Shown piece by piece: positions 12,115 to 22,972 of a stretch of DNA of 64,000 nt. Location: the NCBI RefSeq assembly GCF_044704955.1, contig NC_092002.1, positions 11,780,001 to 11,844,000 of the forward strand, written 5' to 3'. The notes beneath the pieces were generated by a model. The model had not been told where the DNA came from, did not search any database, and saw only the letters and a list, made by a program, of their open reading frames with translations. The translations under genes and the position numbers were made by a program. Source of the DNA: Pristiophorus japonicus (taxonomy: Eukaryota). Positions within the stretch are counted from its first letter, which is position 1, and every line of letters begins with the position of its first letter.

Positions 12115-12757
12115 TAACGGCGTGATAAAAGCCTCAGCCAGCCACATCCATTCACTCAACAACCGCAGCCAAACCCGGGGACTGCCAACTTTAAATAATG
12201 TAGCAGGAGCAGCGAGTAAAGTTCACCCAATTCCTCCAGGCAGGATAATCAGCTCCTGGACATCGTTCAAGGGGGGCAGGGGGGAATTATTCCGATTGGA
12301 CGTTCCCAGGGCTTGTGTTTCTTTTAAGCTGCACAGCTCCCTAGACCTCCCACGCAGTTCAACCCATATTTTGAATGGGCCGTGCACCCACCTCCCCCGC
12401 CAAAATACAAATAAACGGGAACATTGCCCTAGGCGGAATGGGGCAAGGAGAGGATACAACATCCACAGCACAATCTGAACAGAGCACACACCAACCCTCC
12501 CTCCCTCCCAAGCTCCCCTTGTTCGCACAGGGCCAGCGGGACGCTGCAGATCCGGTGAAGGGCGCGCCGGGAGATGGGAATGACCCTCTGAGGGGCAGGG
12601 TGAAGCCCAGGAGCCGCCTCACCCACTTACCTGAAGCATCAGAACTTTTAACTCTAATACACAAACCAGTCACTGAACTAATTAAAAAATAAAAACGCTG
12701 GGAACGGGCGTCGGAAAACAAAGCCGGAGTTAACCAGTTCGATCCTCCCGACCCCCA

Positions 12758-12946
<189 letters not shown>

Positions 12947-13249
12947 TCAGGGAGTGAGCGAGTGAGCAGGAGCGAGGGGGAGTGAGAAAGAGATAGAGAA
13001 ACACGGCTTACACAGAACCCAAAGCCAGTAAGTTTACTATCCCATGGCGAGTGCATATTGGACAAGGGGCACGTTCTATGCACACACCCCTGCAGTCCCT
13101 TCCTGGCCTATCCTCCCACTCCTGACTCCTAGAAAGTTGTGATTGACTCAAACAGCCCTTCAACTGAACCAGCTAAGTCCCTGAAGGAGTATGAGACTGT
13201 TCCCAGCAGCCAGACAGCTGAAGGCTACAGTGATCCAGTTGGAATGGAA

Positions 13250-13605
13250 CACAAAAATTAGGAGCAGGAGTCGGCCATACGGCCCCTCGAGCCTGCTCCA
13301 CCATTCAATAAGATCACAGCTGGTCTTCGACCTCAACTCCACTTTCCCGCCTAATCCCCATATCCGTTGATTCCCCGAGAGTCCAAAAATCTATCGATCT
13401 TCGCCTTGAATATATTGAGCATCCACAGCCCTCTGGGTCAAAGAATTCCAAAGACTCACCACCCTCTGAGTGAAGAAATTCCTCCTCATCTCAGTCCTAA
13501 ATGGCCGACCTTATCCTGGGACTGTGAGCCCTGGTTCTAGACTCTTCAGCCAGGGAGAATTATCCTACCTGCATCTACCCTCAGAATCTTATATATTTCA
13601 ATGAG
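13250..13605 (-). mobile_element. CR1 3' fragment
   Basis: Matches the CR1 3' ends elsewhere in the window. Confidence 0.8.
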
Positions 13606-13811
13606 AATGCACATTGTGCAGGAGGACACATCACCTCTCCAACACACTGGATGGCCAATCAGAGTGGAAGCACCATCACCCTGCCCCCAGCCCCAGTAAC
13701 TTCACTCGAGGCATTTGGCTCCCAGTCAAGAATATTCCTCCAAACCACACAGCCCAGGTAAACAGAGACAGGACCTGGAATATTCACCCACCGCCCCACA
13801 ATCTGTACTCA

Positions 13812-13922
<111 letters not shown>

Positions 13923-13974
13923 TTAACATCCCAGCACAAAGCAGGGCATCCCCTCTCCCACAGACAGACACTCT

Positions 13975-14560
13975 CCTCCTCAACAACCCCCCGTCCCCAC
14001 CTCCTCTCCTCCCCAACACACCACCCCCCTCAACACATACACCCACCGCCCCCTCTCCTCCACAACACCCCCCTCCCCAACACACACACACACACCCACC
14101 ACCCCCCTCAACACACACACCCACTGCCCCATCTCCTCCACAACACCACCCCCCTCCCCAACACACACACACACCCACCACCCCCCTCAACACACACACC
14201 CACCGCCCCCTCCCCTCCACAACACCCCCCCTCCCCAACACACACCCCCCTCCCCAACACACCCACCACCCCCCTCAACACACACACCCACCGCCCCTCT
14301 CCTCCACAACACCCCCCCCCCTCCCCAACACACACACCCACCACCCCCCCTCAACACACACACCCACCGCCCCCCTTCTCCTCCCCAACACACACCACTT
14401 CCCCCCCCCCCAACACACACACCTCCCTCTCCTTCCCAACACATACGCAGCCACCCCCTTCCCTCTCCAACACCGCCCCCCCCCCCAACCCTCCCTCTCC
14501 AACCCCCCCGACATACACCGCATGGAACCCCTCTGCCACCCCCCAGACACACACACCGCG
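13975..14560. repeat. C/A-rich low-complexity degenerate repeat (G-rich on the SNRPA sense strand)
   Basis: Repeated CCCCCCTCCCCAACACACAC motifs. Confidence 0.85.
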
Positions 14561-14765
14561 ATGCAATGAATGAGTCATACTCCAGGCTAATGGCTCCACT
14601 CTGAAAGCTACATCTCAAAGCTGCTGAATGCTCCAGCTCTGAACCCCTGCCGCACACAGCATGAATACCTCCTCCCCCACCCCCACCCCCACCCCCCCCC
14701 AATCCCGAGAGCAGCGAGGGCTCCGCGGCCGACTGCATCACCGCGCGCACCGACGGAACACTCAC

Positions 14766-14939
14766 CGGTTGAGCTGGGGGAGGCATCTGCCCAGGCATCA
14801 TCTGTCCGGGACCGAGGGAACTGGGCGGCATCTGGCCAGGCCCCATCCCCGGCGGTGGCATCATCCCAAGGGGCGGCATGTAGGGAGGCTGTCCCGGCAT
14901 CTGCATCATCCGCGGGGCCTGGTTCATCATGGGCATGCC
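14766..14939 (-). CDS. SNRPA: SNRPA coding exon 4 (Pro/Met-rich linker)
   Basis: cag|[20 protein letters not shown]...QMPPPAQP|gtgag, 174 nt, phase 0/0. Confidence 0.95.
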
Positions 14940-15689
14940 CTGCAACAGACAGCAGTGAATAAACGGCACCCTGGCTCACGGAACCGCTCACCCAAAGCTA
15001 CAAAACGGCTGAGAGCCATGAGTGATCACTTTACACCCCGAACAGCCAGACGGAAACTGAAAAAACTGTTACCATGGCAAAAAATCCAAAATACCACCCC
15101 CCCCCCCCCCCCCCACACAAATTCAGTGCAGCCGAGTCCTGCTGTTCTACGACGACCATTTAAACATCGCCGTTAATGTAGAAGCACCAGAGACACGCTC
15201 GGGAAACAAGGCAGCTCCCCAACCTGCGACAAGGCCAAAAGCAAGGTCAAAGGTGGGTCTTACGGGGTCAAAGAGCAGGGGACTGAGGTGGCTGAAGGCA
15301 CAGTTGCCCAATGGTGGTGTGAAGGGAGGCTTTGTTTTATCTCACCACCCCCTCACCCCCCGCCGCCAGGAGGAGGGGTGGGAAAGGAGGGCAGGCAGGG
15401 GGCAAGTGAAAATGTGCCAAACTCCACTGGCGTTTGGCCTGGCCTACAGCTCGAGCGCCTGTGGGGATGGTGAAACCAGCCACGAGAAGGCCAGCAGTTG
15501 AACTGGAGAATAATCACCAGCAGGGCAGAAGTTCAAATGCAACCATGAAACAGAGGGAGTTCTTGTCGATGGAAAGATCCAAATTAACCCCAAAGAGCCA
15601 GATGGGAATGTTCTTTAAAACCAGTTTAAAGTCGACTTTAAATCAAGCAAAAAAAAAAATTACAAAAACAATTTAGAAAGTGTTTACAC

Positions 15690-16085
15690 TTGCATTTATA
15701 TAGCGCCTTTCACGACCACCAGACATCTTAAAGCGCTTTGCAGCCAATGAAGTACTTTTGGAGTGCAGTCGCTGTTGTACTGTGGGAAACACAGCAGTCA
15801 ATTTGCGCACAGCAAGCTCCCACAAACAGCAATGCGACAATGACCCAGATAATCTGTTTTTGTTATGTTGGTTGAGGGATAAATATTGGCCCCAGGTCAC
15901 CAGGGAGAACTCCCCTGCTCTTCTTCGAAATAGTGTCACGGGATCTTTTACGTCCACCTGAGAGAGCAGACGGGGCCTCGGTTTAACGTCTCACCCGAAA
16001 GATGGCACCTCCGACAGTGCAGCACTGCACTGGGAGTGTCAGCCTGGATTTATGTGCTCAAGGACCTGGAGTGGGATTTGGAATA
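15690..16085 (-). mobile_element. Deu-domain tRNA SINE (SacSINE1/AmnSINE1-like); related copies near 18770-19175(-), 23050-23300(+), 33040-33460(+), 34010-34300(-), 36350-36860(-), 42795-43215(+), 55945-56405(-), 60300-60750(+), 60905-61360(-), 62105-62470(-)
   Basis: Shared core CACTGTCGGAGGTGCCGTCTTTCGGATGAGACGTTAAACCGAGGCCCC and tail AAGGCGCTATATAAATGCAAG; family name is from recall. Confidence 0.8.
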
Positions 16086-16374
16086 GGCTCTAAATGGCAG
16101 CACAGCAAGGGTCAACCAGAGGTAGCTGATCAAGCCCAGCGGCAATTCAAGCACTGCGTTTGGCATCACCGGAGAGGAGGTGGGGGGGAAGAGTTTGACA
16201 GAATCCCGAGCTGCCGGACTGCACCTTGCATGAAGACCGAGCCCACAGACCTCGCCCGAGACACGCGTCACTGTGACTAAAGGAAGGAAGCGGGTTACTC
16301 CAGTTCCAGTCAGTTGCTCACTTGCGCCCTGGCGCTATTTGCTGCATTGCCGGGCCGCCGGCGGGCACACTTAC

Positions 16375-16542
16375 CGAGACGTTAAGGGGCACGGCGTTGG
16401 CTGCCTGCGGGGCCGACACCTTCTTGTTGACCGAAGGCTCCGGGGCCTTGACCTTCCTCTTCTCCTTCTTCCGGTCACGCTCCACGTAGGTGCCCTTCAT
16501 CTTGGCGATGATGTCGGAATCTGACTTGGCGTACTGAATCCG
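16375..16542 (-). CDS. SNRPA: SNRPA coding exon 3
   Basis: cag|[30 protein letters not shown]...VPLNVS|gtaagt, 168 nt. Confidence 0.95.
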
Positions 16543-17193
16543 CTGTGGACAGGGATGAGGGGGGGGGGGGGGGGGCGGAAGAGGCGTCAAAGCGGTGAGA
16601 CACTGCAGGCCTGTTTGCGCAGGGGATTACCCCACGAGAGAGCGAGACACAATACATGAAACCCAGAGTCCAGGAGACCGGACTCGCCGGACCTCCGCCC
16701 ACTCACGCACGCAGTCAGACATTTTAAGTTGCTCTGGAGCCAAGAAAATCTACAAGAGAGGGTACAAGTTATACCAGTGAGGAAATGGGAACCAGCACTG
16801 GTTGGACTCTGACAGCTGGGATAAGGGCTTCATACCAGAGCCGAGACAATCATTAAATCTACCCGTAACTTTCTCTGGCCCAAGAACCTGCTGCGGCCAC
16901 ATGCAGCAGTTGAGGCAAATTGCCTTTAAGGGGGAAGCTAGATAAGTAGACGAGGGAGAAAATAGAAGGATATAGAGAGGAGATTTATCAGATGTTGCAA
17001 CTTTTAGCTGAGGAATGATTGGACAGGCTGGGGTTGATTTCTTTGGAACAGAGGAGGCTGAGGGGAGACCTTATTGAGGTGTATAAAATTATGAGGGGCC
17101 TGGATAGAGTGGATAGGAAGGACCTAGTTCCCTTAGCAGACGGGTCAACAACCAGGCGGCATAGATTGAAAGTAATTGGGGGGAGGTTTAGAG

Positions 17194-17495
17194 GGGATTA
17201 TTATTTGAATGGGGAGAAATTACAACATGCTGCGGTGCAGAGGGACCTGGGGGTCCTTGTGCATGAAACTCTTTTAGGAGTCTACCTGCAAAACATAAAC
17301 AACATTAAACTGTGCCACCCGACCTGGGTGACACAGCAGACATTTTCAATAGTCCCCCACTACCACAAATTCTGCAGTCGAGTATCCCGCATTTGGGGAC
17401 ATCGCAGGCGTCAGCACACCCGAAGTGCAATGGGCTAACCTCGTCCTGGGAGAACCACCTTCTTGATCATGGTTACTTCCCTGCCAGGTAAGTAT
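17194..17495 (-). mobile_element. SINEU-like chimeric retro-insertion: U1 snRNA head + Tx1-like 3' tail + 74 nt of CR1 target flank
   Basis: U1 at 17351-17495; tail 17268-17345 homologous to 48955-49030; 17194-17267 identical to 48881-48954. Confidence 0.8.
17351..17495 (-). ncRNA. U1 snRNA-derived sequence, nt 1-145, 3'-truncated (retrocopy or SINE head)
   Basis: ATACTTACCTGGCAGGG 5' end, SL1 loop GATCAAGAAG, SL2 loop ATTGCACTTC, Sm site AATTTGTGG, ends at GGGGGACT; lacks the 3' arm of SL4. Confidence 0.95.
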
Positions 17496-17778
17496 ATTTG
17501 AGGGGAAATGTCTTCACCTGGAACTCGCTGCCTGAAAGGGTGGTAGGGGCAGAAACCTTCACCACATTTAAAAAGTATTTGGATGTGCACCTGAAGTGCC
17601 GTAACCTGCAGGGCTACCGACAGAGCTGGAAAGTGGGATGAGGCTGGATAGCTCTGTCGGCCGGTGCGGACACGATGGGCCAAATGAGCTCCTTCCGTGC
17701 TGTAAATGTCTGTGATAGGCTGTATCACAATGGCCTGTCTGTGCTGTAAATTCCATGCAATTCTACGCACGCATTTCA

Positions 17779-18081
<303 letters not shown>

Positions 18082-18199
18082 TCAGCCTAAAGCAGCAGAC
18101 TCCAAAATCACTGCTCAGTTCTCATTCACTGGTGAAAGCCACAATTTAAGTTAATTAAATGTCCAGTAAATCGGGTTGACGGCAAATATTTTTTGCTCC

Positions 18200-18540
18200 G
18201 GATTGTGCCAGTCCTGCTCTCCATATTGCAAAGACAATATATAGAGGCACTGGAGAAGGTGAATGGAAGATTGACAAGAACGATACCAGAGCAGAGAGTT
18301 TATCCCCATCCGGAAAGACTGAACCGACTGGGGGCGCTTCTCTCCAGAAGAGAGAAGGCTGAGGGGTGACCCAATTGAGGTATTTAATATTATGAAGGAG
18401 TTTGATAGGGTAGACTTATGTTTCCAAATTGTTGGAGACTCCAAAACAAGGGGCCATAAATATATGATAGTCATTAATAAATCCAATAAAGAATTCAAGA
18501 GATTTCTTTACCCCAAGAGCGGTGAGAATGTGGAACTTAG
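18200..18540 (+). mobile_element. Degraded CR1 fragment
   Basis: RRLRGDPIEVFNIMKEFDRVD-like translation. Confidence 0.65.
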
Positions 18541-19403
18541 AAAAAGAAAAGCACCTTTCACGGCTACCGGATTTCCCAAAACACTTTACAGCCAGTATCA
18601 GCTGCAGTACTCTCTCTCGCCTGAGTCAGAAGGTCGTGGGTTCAAGTCCCACTCCAGGGACTCGAGCACAAAAATCTAGGCTGACACTCCCAGTGCAGTG
18701 TTTAATTGGTTGCAAAGCGTGTTGAAACGTCTGGTGGCACTATATAAATGCAAGTCTGTCTTTCCTTTCAATGAAGTACTTTTGGAGTGTAGTCACTGTT
18801 GTAATGTAGGAACCACGGCAGCCAATATGCACACAGCAAGCTCCCACAAACAGCAATGTGATAATGACCAGATAATCTGCTTTAGTGATGTTGATTGAAG
18901 GATAAATATTGGCCCCAGCATTCCAGGGAGAACTCCCCTACTCTTCATCTTCATCAAAATAGTGCCAAGGGATCTTTTACGTCCGCCTGAGAGCGCAGAC
19001 AGGGCCTCGGTTTAACGTCTCATTCAACAGACGGCACCTCCGACAGTGCAGCACTCCCTCAGCACTGCAGTGGGAGTGTCAATCTAAATTTTTGTGCTCA
19101 AGTCTCTGCAGTGGGACTCGAGACCACAACCTACTGGCTCAGGGGAGGGTGCTGCCCACTGGGTCACATCTGACAATCTTACTACCAAGGGGTAGCTAGA
19201 TAAATACACAAGGGAGAAAGGAATAGGTTATGTTGATGGGGTGAGATGAAGTGGGGTGGGAGGAGGCTCGCGTGGAGCATAAACACCGGCACGGACCAGG
19301 TGGCTTCCTTGCTGTAAAATTCGACACGATTCTATGCAACCCCCGTTTTCAAATGCTACCAGCTTCCAGTCAACGCAACACAGCTTCTCCTCTGAACAGT
19401 TAC

Positions 19404-19476
19404 CATCCTTTTTGATCTTCTCATTCAGATTGTTAATGTAGATGGTGTGATTTGGACGGGTCTCTTGGCCAGACAT
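19404..19476 (-). CDS. SNRPA: SNRPA first coding exon
   Basis: MSGQETRPNHTIYINNLNEKIKKD(E)|gtaac; an acceptor 15 nt upstream of the ATG implies a non-coding exon upstream. Confidence 0.96.
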
Positions 19477-19685
19477 ACTTCTTCGCCGTAGCTGAAAAAA
19501 ACAAAACGAGGAGAGAAAAAAAAACACAATGAAAGTCACAGCCTGATAGCAGCCCTCTTCACTGCCGGAGAAAATGTAACAAGGGTCAGTCACTCTAGTA
19601 AGGGTTATCGTCACGGTACTGAACTTACACGACCCCGAGCTCAGGAATTCAAATCCAACCACAACAAGCAGTGAAATTCAGTTCA

Positions 19686-19973
19686 GACACCTGGGAGTCC
19701 CTGGCCGAAGACCACCCTAAATGGAGGAAGTACATCCGGGAGGGCGCTGAGCACCTCGAGTCTCAACACCAAGAGCATGCAGAAATCAAGCGCAGGCAGC
19801 GGAAGGAGCGTGCGGCAAACCAGACTCCCCACCCACCCTTTTCTTCAACCACTGTCTGTCCCACCCGTGACAGGGACTGTGGCTCCCATATTGGACTGTT
19901 CAGCCACCCAAGGACTCATGTTTAGAGTGGAAGCAAGTCTTCCTCGATTCCAAGGCACTGCCTATGATGATGA
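19686..19973 (+). mobile_element. RTE-clade LINE 3' fragment
   Basis: TWESLAEDHPKWRK...VCPTRDRDCGSHIGLFSH C-terminal zinc-finger remnant; (GAT)n tail. Confidence 0.75.
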
Positions 19974-20169
19974 TCAGTTCAGTCCTGGATAAAAATCACC
20001 TGTAATACTCGATGGGGTCACCGACACCCTTCAGGGAACCCAACACCCACATGACTGAACGCCCCGTTCCAGCACCAACCCCCATCCCATAGGGAACAGC
20101 AAGAGATGAGGGCTCGCTCAGGGGAGGGCTGGGGCAGCTGGTGCCTCCATACCCGGCCCACTTACAGTC

Positions 20170-20470
20170 CGACCCCGGGAATGGGGCAACCCAAACCCTC
20201 TCTCTTCCCCACCCACCCCAGGAATGGGGCAACCCACTGTCTCTCTCCCCGTCCTGCCCTAGTGGAATGGGGCAACCACCCCCCCTTCAACCAACCCCGG
20301 GAATGAGGCAACCCACCGTCTCTCTCCTACCCCCTAGTGGAATGGGGCAACCCACCTACCCCCGCTAAACCACAGGAATGGGGCAACCTACCGTCTCTCT
20401 CTTCCCGCCCGAGTGGAATGGGGCAGCCCACCTCCCCCATTAGGAATGGGGCAGCCCAACAGCCCCCGCC
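20170..20470. repeat. Degenerate tandem repeat with GGAATGGGGCAACCC core
   Basis: Core recurs about 8 times at roughly 40-bp spacing. Confidence 0.7.
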
Positions 20471-20499
20471 CCCACACTGAGAATGGAGCAGCCTTCGAG

Positions 20500-21080
20500 C
20501 CCGCGGATGGCCGTCTGAGGCCCGCTCCCCACATACCGGTAAGGCGGCGGCGGCGGCTCCCCGGGCGCGGATCGCGGCGCAATATAGGCCACCCCAAGCT
20601 GGGAGGCCCGAGGTGGAACCGCCCGGCCCGCTGTGGGCCGCCGATGTCGCCGCGCACTCACCGATGGACACGGATTGTCCCGGAGACCCGACCGACCGAC
20701 AAACCACCCGCCCGCGCCGCCGCCGGATGTCCCGGCCCCGCTCCATCCTGATTGGTCCGCTGTCACCGAGCCACTTACCGATTGGCTGTTTCAACTGTCA
20801 ATCGCCTAGGGCGAGAAAGGCGCTAATTGAAGACCGTTTCTTTAAAGCGATGGAGCGGACGATTGGCCTTCCTCACAGGCCACCCACCCGACAGTGTTTT
20901 ATATCTAACACCGCCCCTCGGGCAGGGCTCAGAACTGATTGGTTGATGAACCCGATGCGCCGCCTTAATTGGCGGGTGTAGATGTCAATCAAAGACAATG
21001 ACCAATCACAGTGGGGCGGCAATCACCGAATGGCCCAGCGCAGGGGGCGGGTTCCAATAGTGACCCCGTGACCCCAAGCA
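20500..21080. promoter_or_regulatory. CpG-rich bidirectional promoter between SNRPA and ACTMAP; probable SNRPA non-coding exon 1 ending at 20662
   Basis: CpG-dense; ATTGG/CCAAT boxes near 20751, 20781, 20862, 20938, 21002; GC boxes; minus-strand donor gtgag at 20661. Confidence 0.75.
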
Positions 21081-21598
21081 GGCCCCTCCCCCTGACTACC
21101 AATTCTCCCCCTCAATCCCTCCCCCACCTCCTCACTCCACCCTTCCCCACTCCACCTCCCTTCTCCCACTCCACCCAATTGCCAGACCCACTCCGCCCCT
21201 ATTCCCCCCTCACTCCACTCCTCCATCCCCCTCTTCCCCCCCCTCCACCTTCGCCCATTCCACCCCCCTCCCACTCCCTCCCTAGTCCCCACTCCGCCTC
21301 CCCCCTGCCCCCAATCCACCCTCCGCCTACTCTGCTCCATTCCCCCCACCCACTCCACCGCCCCCTCACTCAGCCACTCCGCCCCTATCCCCCCTCCACT
21401 TTGCTCTCTCCTATTTCACCCTCCCCCTACTCCGCCGCACTCCCCTCCTTCACCCTGCCCCACTAACCATTCCACAACCCCTATTAAAGATGCGTGAATA
21501 GTTTTGGGAATTATAAGCGAGACTGATTTACTCTTTTTTTTCTCCCCCCCCCCCCCCCCCCAATGCAAGTTTCATACCTCAGTGTCACTGGAACCTCG

Positions 21599-21765
21599 AT
21601 GTCGCGGCTGCCCCCTCCCACTCCCCCTCCCCCTCCCCCTCCGTTTCCACTCGCGCCTTCTGAACCCGCAAAAAAGAAGTTGTACCAGATTCTGGCTGAA
21701 GGGCGATCGCCTGTGATCGGAGACTGTGAGGAGGTGAAGACGCTGCTCCAGAACCGACCGAGCAG
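21599..21765 (+). CDS. ACTMAP: ACTMAP (C19orf54, actin maturation protease) first coding exon; full CDS = join(21599-21765,22904-22972,26516-26640,27659-27788,32838-32908,35976-36301), 295 aa
   Basis: Poly-Pro N-terminus MSRLPPPTPPPPPPPF...; donor AG|gtac; an in-frame ATG at 21563 is also possible. Confidence 0.85.
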
Positions 21766-22031
21766 GTACACAACCCAAGGAAATGTCAGCCCGTGATATG
21801 CCGAGTGCTGTGTCCTCGCTACTCCTCCTCTGGCACACAGCGCTCCCAGGGTGAGCCCTGAATGGGACCGGTGGAAGCTGCACAAGAGCAGTGTAGCGTA
21901 ACCCCTATACTTTCCTTCCTGTGAGTGCAGCTCTCAGCCTCCCCTCCCTGCAGTGTAGTGAGCTAGGTGTGTGTTATTACAGATTAATTTCGCTCCCCCA
22001 TGTCTGCTATTGCCTGTTAAACGTGCACCCA

Positions 22032-22272
22032 CGGGTATAGATGTCAATCAAAGGCAATGACCAATCACAGTGGGGCGGCAATCACCGAATGGCCCAGCGC
22101 AGAGGGCGGGGGCAAGTTAGATGTAGTCCTTACTACTAGGGGGATCAAGGGGTATGGCGAGAAAGCAGGAATGGGGTACTGAAGTTGCATGTTCAGCCAT
22201 GAACTCATTGAATGGCGGTGCAGGCTCGAAGGGCCGAATGGCCTACTCCTGCACCTATTTTTTTCTATGTTT
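22032..22272 (+). mobile_element. Short CR1 3' insertion fused to a captured copy of promoter segment 20973-21051
   Basis: 79-bp copy with 3 mismatches, then CR1 3' end; TSD CACCCAC at 22026-22032 and 22273-22279. Confidence 0.8.
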
Positions 22273-22291
22273 CACCCACTGTGTGCTATTA

Positions 22292-22790
22292 CAACAACTT
22301 GTATTTATATAACACCTTTAACATAGTGAAACGTCCCAGGCCGCTTCACAGGAGTATTATAAGACATTAAATTTGATACCAAGCCACACAAGAAGAAATT
22401 ATGGAAGATGAATAAAAGCTTGGTCAAAGAGGTAGATTTTAAGGAGTGTCTTGAAGGAGGAAAGAGAGGCGGAGAGGTAGTTCCAGAGCTTGGGGCCCAG
22501 GCAACAGAAGGCACGGCCACCGATGAGCGATTATAATCAGGGATGTTCAAGAGGGCAGAATTAGAGGAGCGCAGACATCTCGGGGGTTATGGGGCTGTGG
22601 GAGATTACAGAGATAGGGAGGGGGCGAGGGCCATGGAGGGATTTGAAAATAAGGATGAAAACTTTGAAATCGAGGCGTTGCTTAACCGAGAGCCAGTGTA
22701 GGTCAGCGAGCACAGGGGGTGATGGGTGAGCGGGACTCGGTGCGAGTTAGGACGCGGGGGCAGCCGAGTTTTGCATCACCTCTAGTTTAC
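22292..22790 (-). mobile_element. L2-clade LINE 3' fragment; related pieces near 23330-23525, 33720-33980, 37810-38310, 52430-52800 plus 55675-55760 (all +)
   Basis: Tail ...GTTAAAGGCGCTATATAAATACAAGTTG-like and mutual similarity among the copies. Confidence 0.7.
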
Positions 22791-22903
22791 GTCGGGTATC
22801 ACGCAGCGTTACAGGTTAACATCAGAACCCTGCTCGCTTCAAAGTGACGGGTGCTCTTCCAGTGGCTGAGAATGTTTCTGATTTTCTTTGTTTCTCTCCA
22901 CAG

Positions 22904-22972
22904 TTTCAGTAAAGAATTGAAGTGGCTCCTTATTAATAAATATATCCCGTCACTGATCCAGGATGGCCCGCA
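22904..22972 (+). CDS. ACTMAP: ACTMAP coding exon 2
   Basis: cag|(S)FSKELKWLLINKYIPSLIQDGP(Q)|gtgag. Confidence 0.93.

Larger units (their letters stand above)
16990..17715 (+). mobile_element. CR1-clade LINE 3' fragment interrupted by the U1-Tx1 chimera
   Basis: LISLEQRRLRGDLIEVYKIMRG; host sequence resumes at 17496 (ATTTGAGGGGAAAT), compared with the uninterrupted copy at 2700-2750. Confidence 0.85.

Noticed and set aside
16322-16374. Extension of SNRPA exon 3 to a downstream GTGAG donor
   Set aside because: It would shift the frame (221 nt); the GTAAGT donor at 16374 is stronger and in phase
17351-17495. Functional U1 snRNA gene
   Set aside because: About 19 nt of the 3' end are missing, the upstream flank is CR1 sequence with no visible PSE, and the 3' side is a retroelement tail
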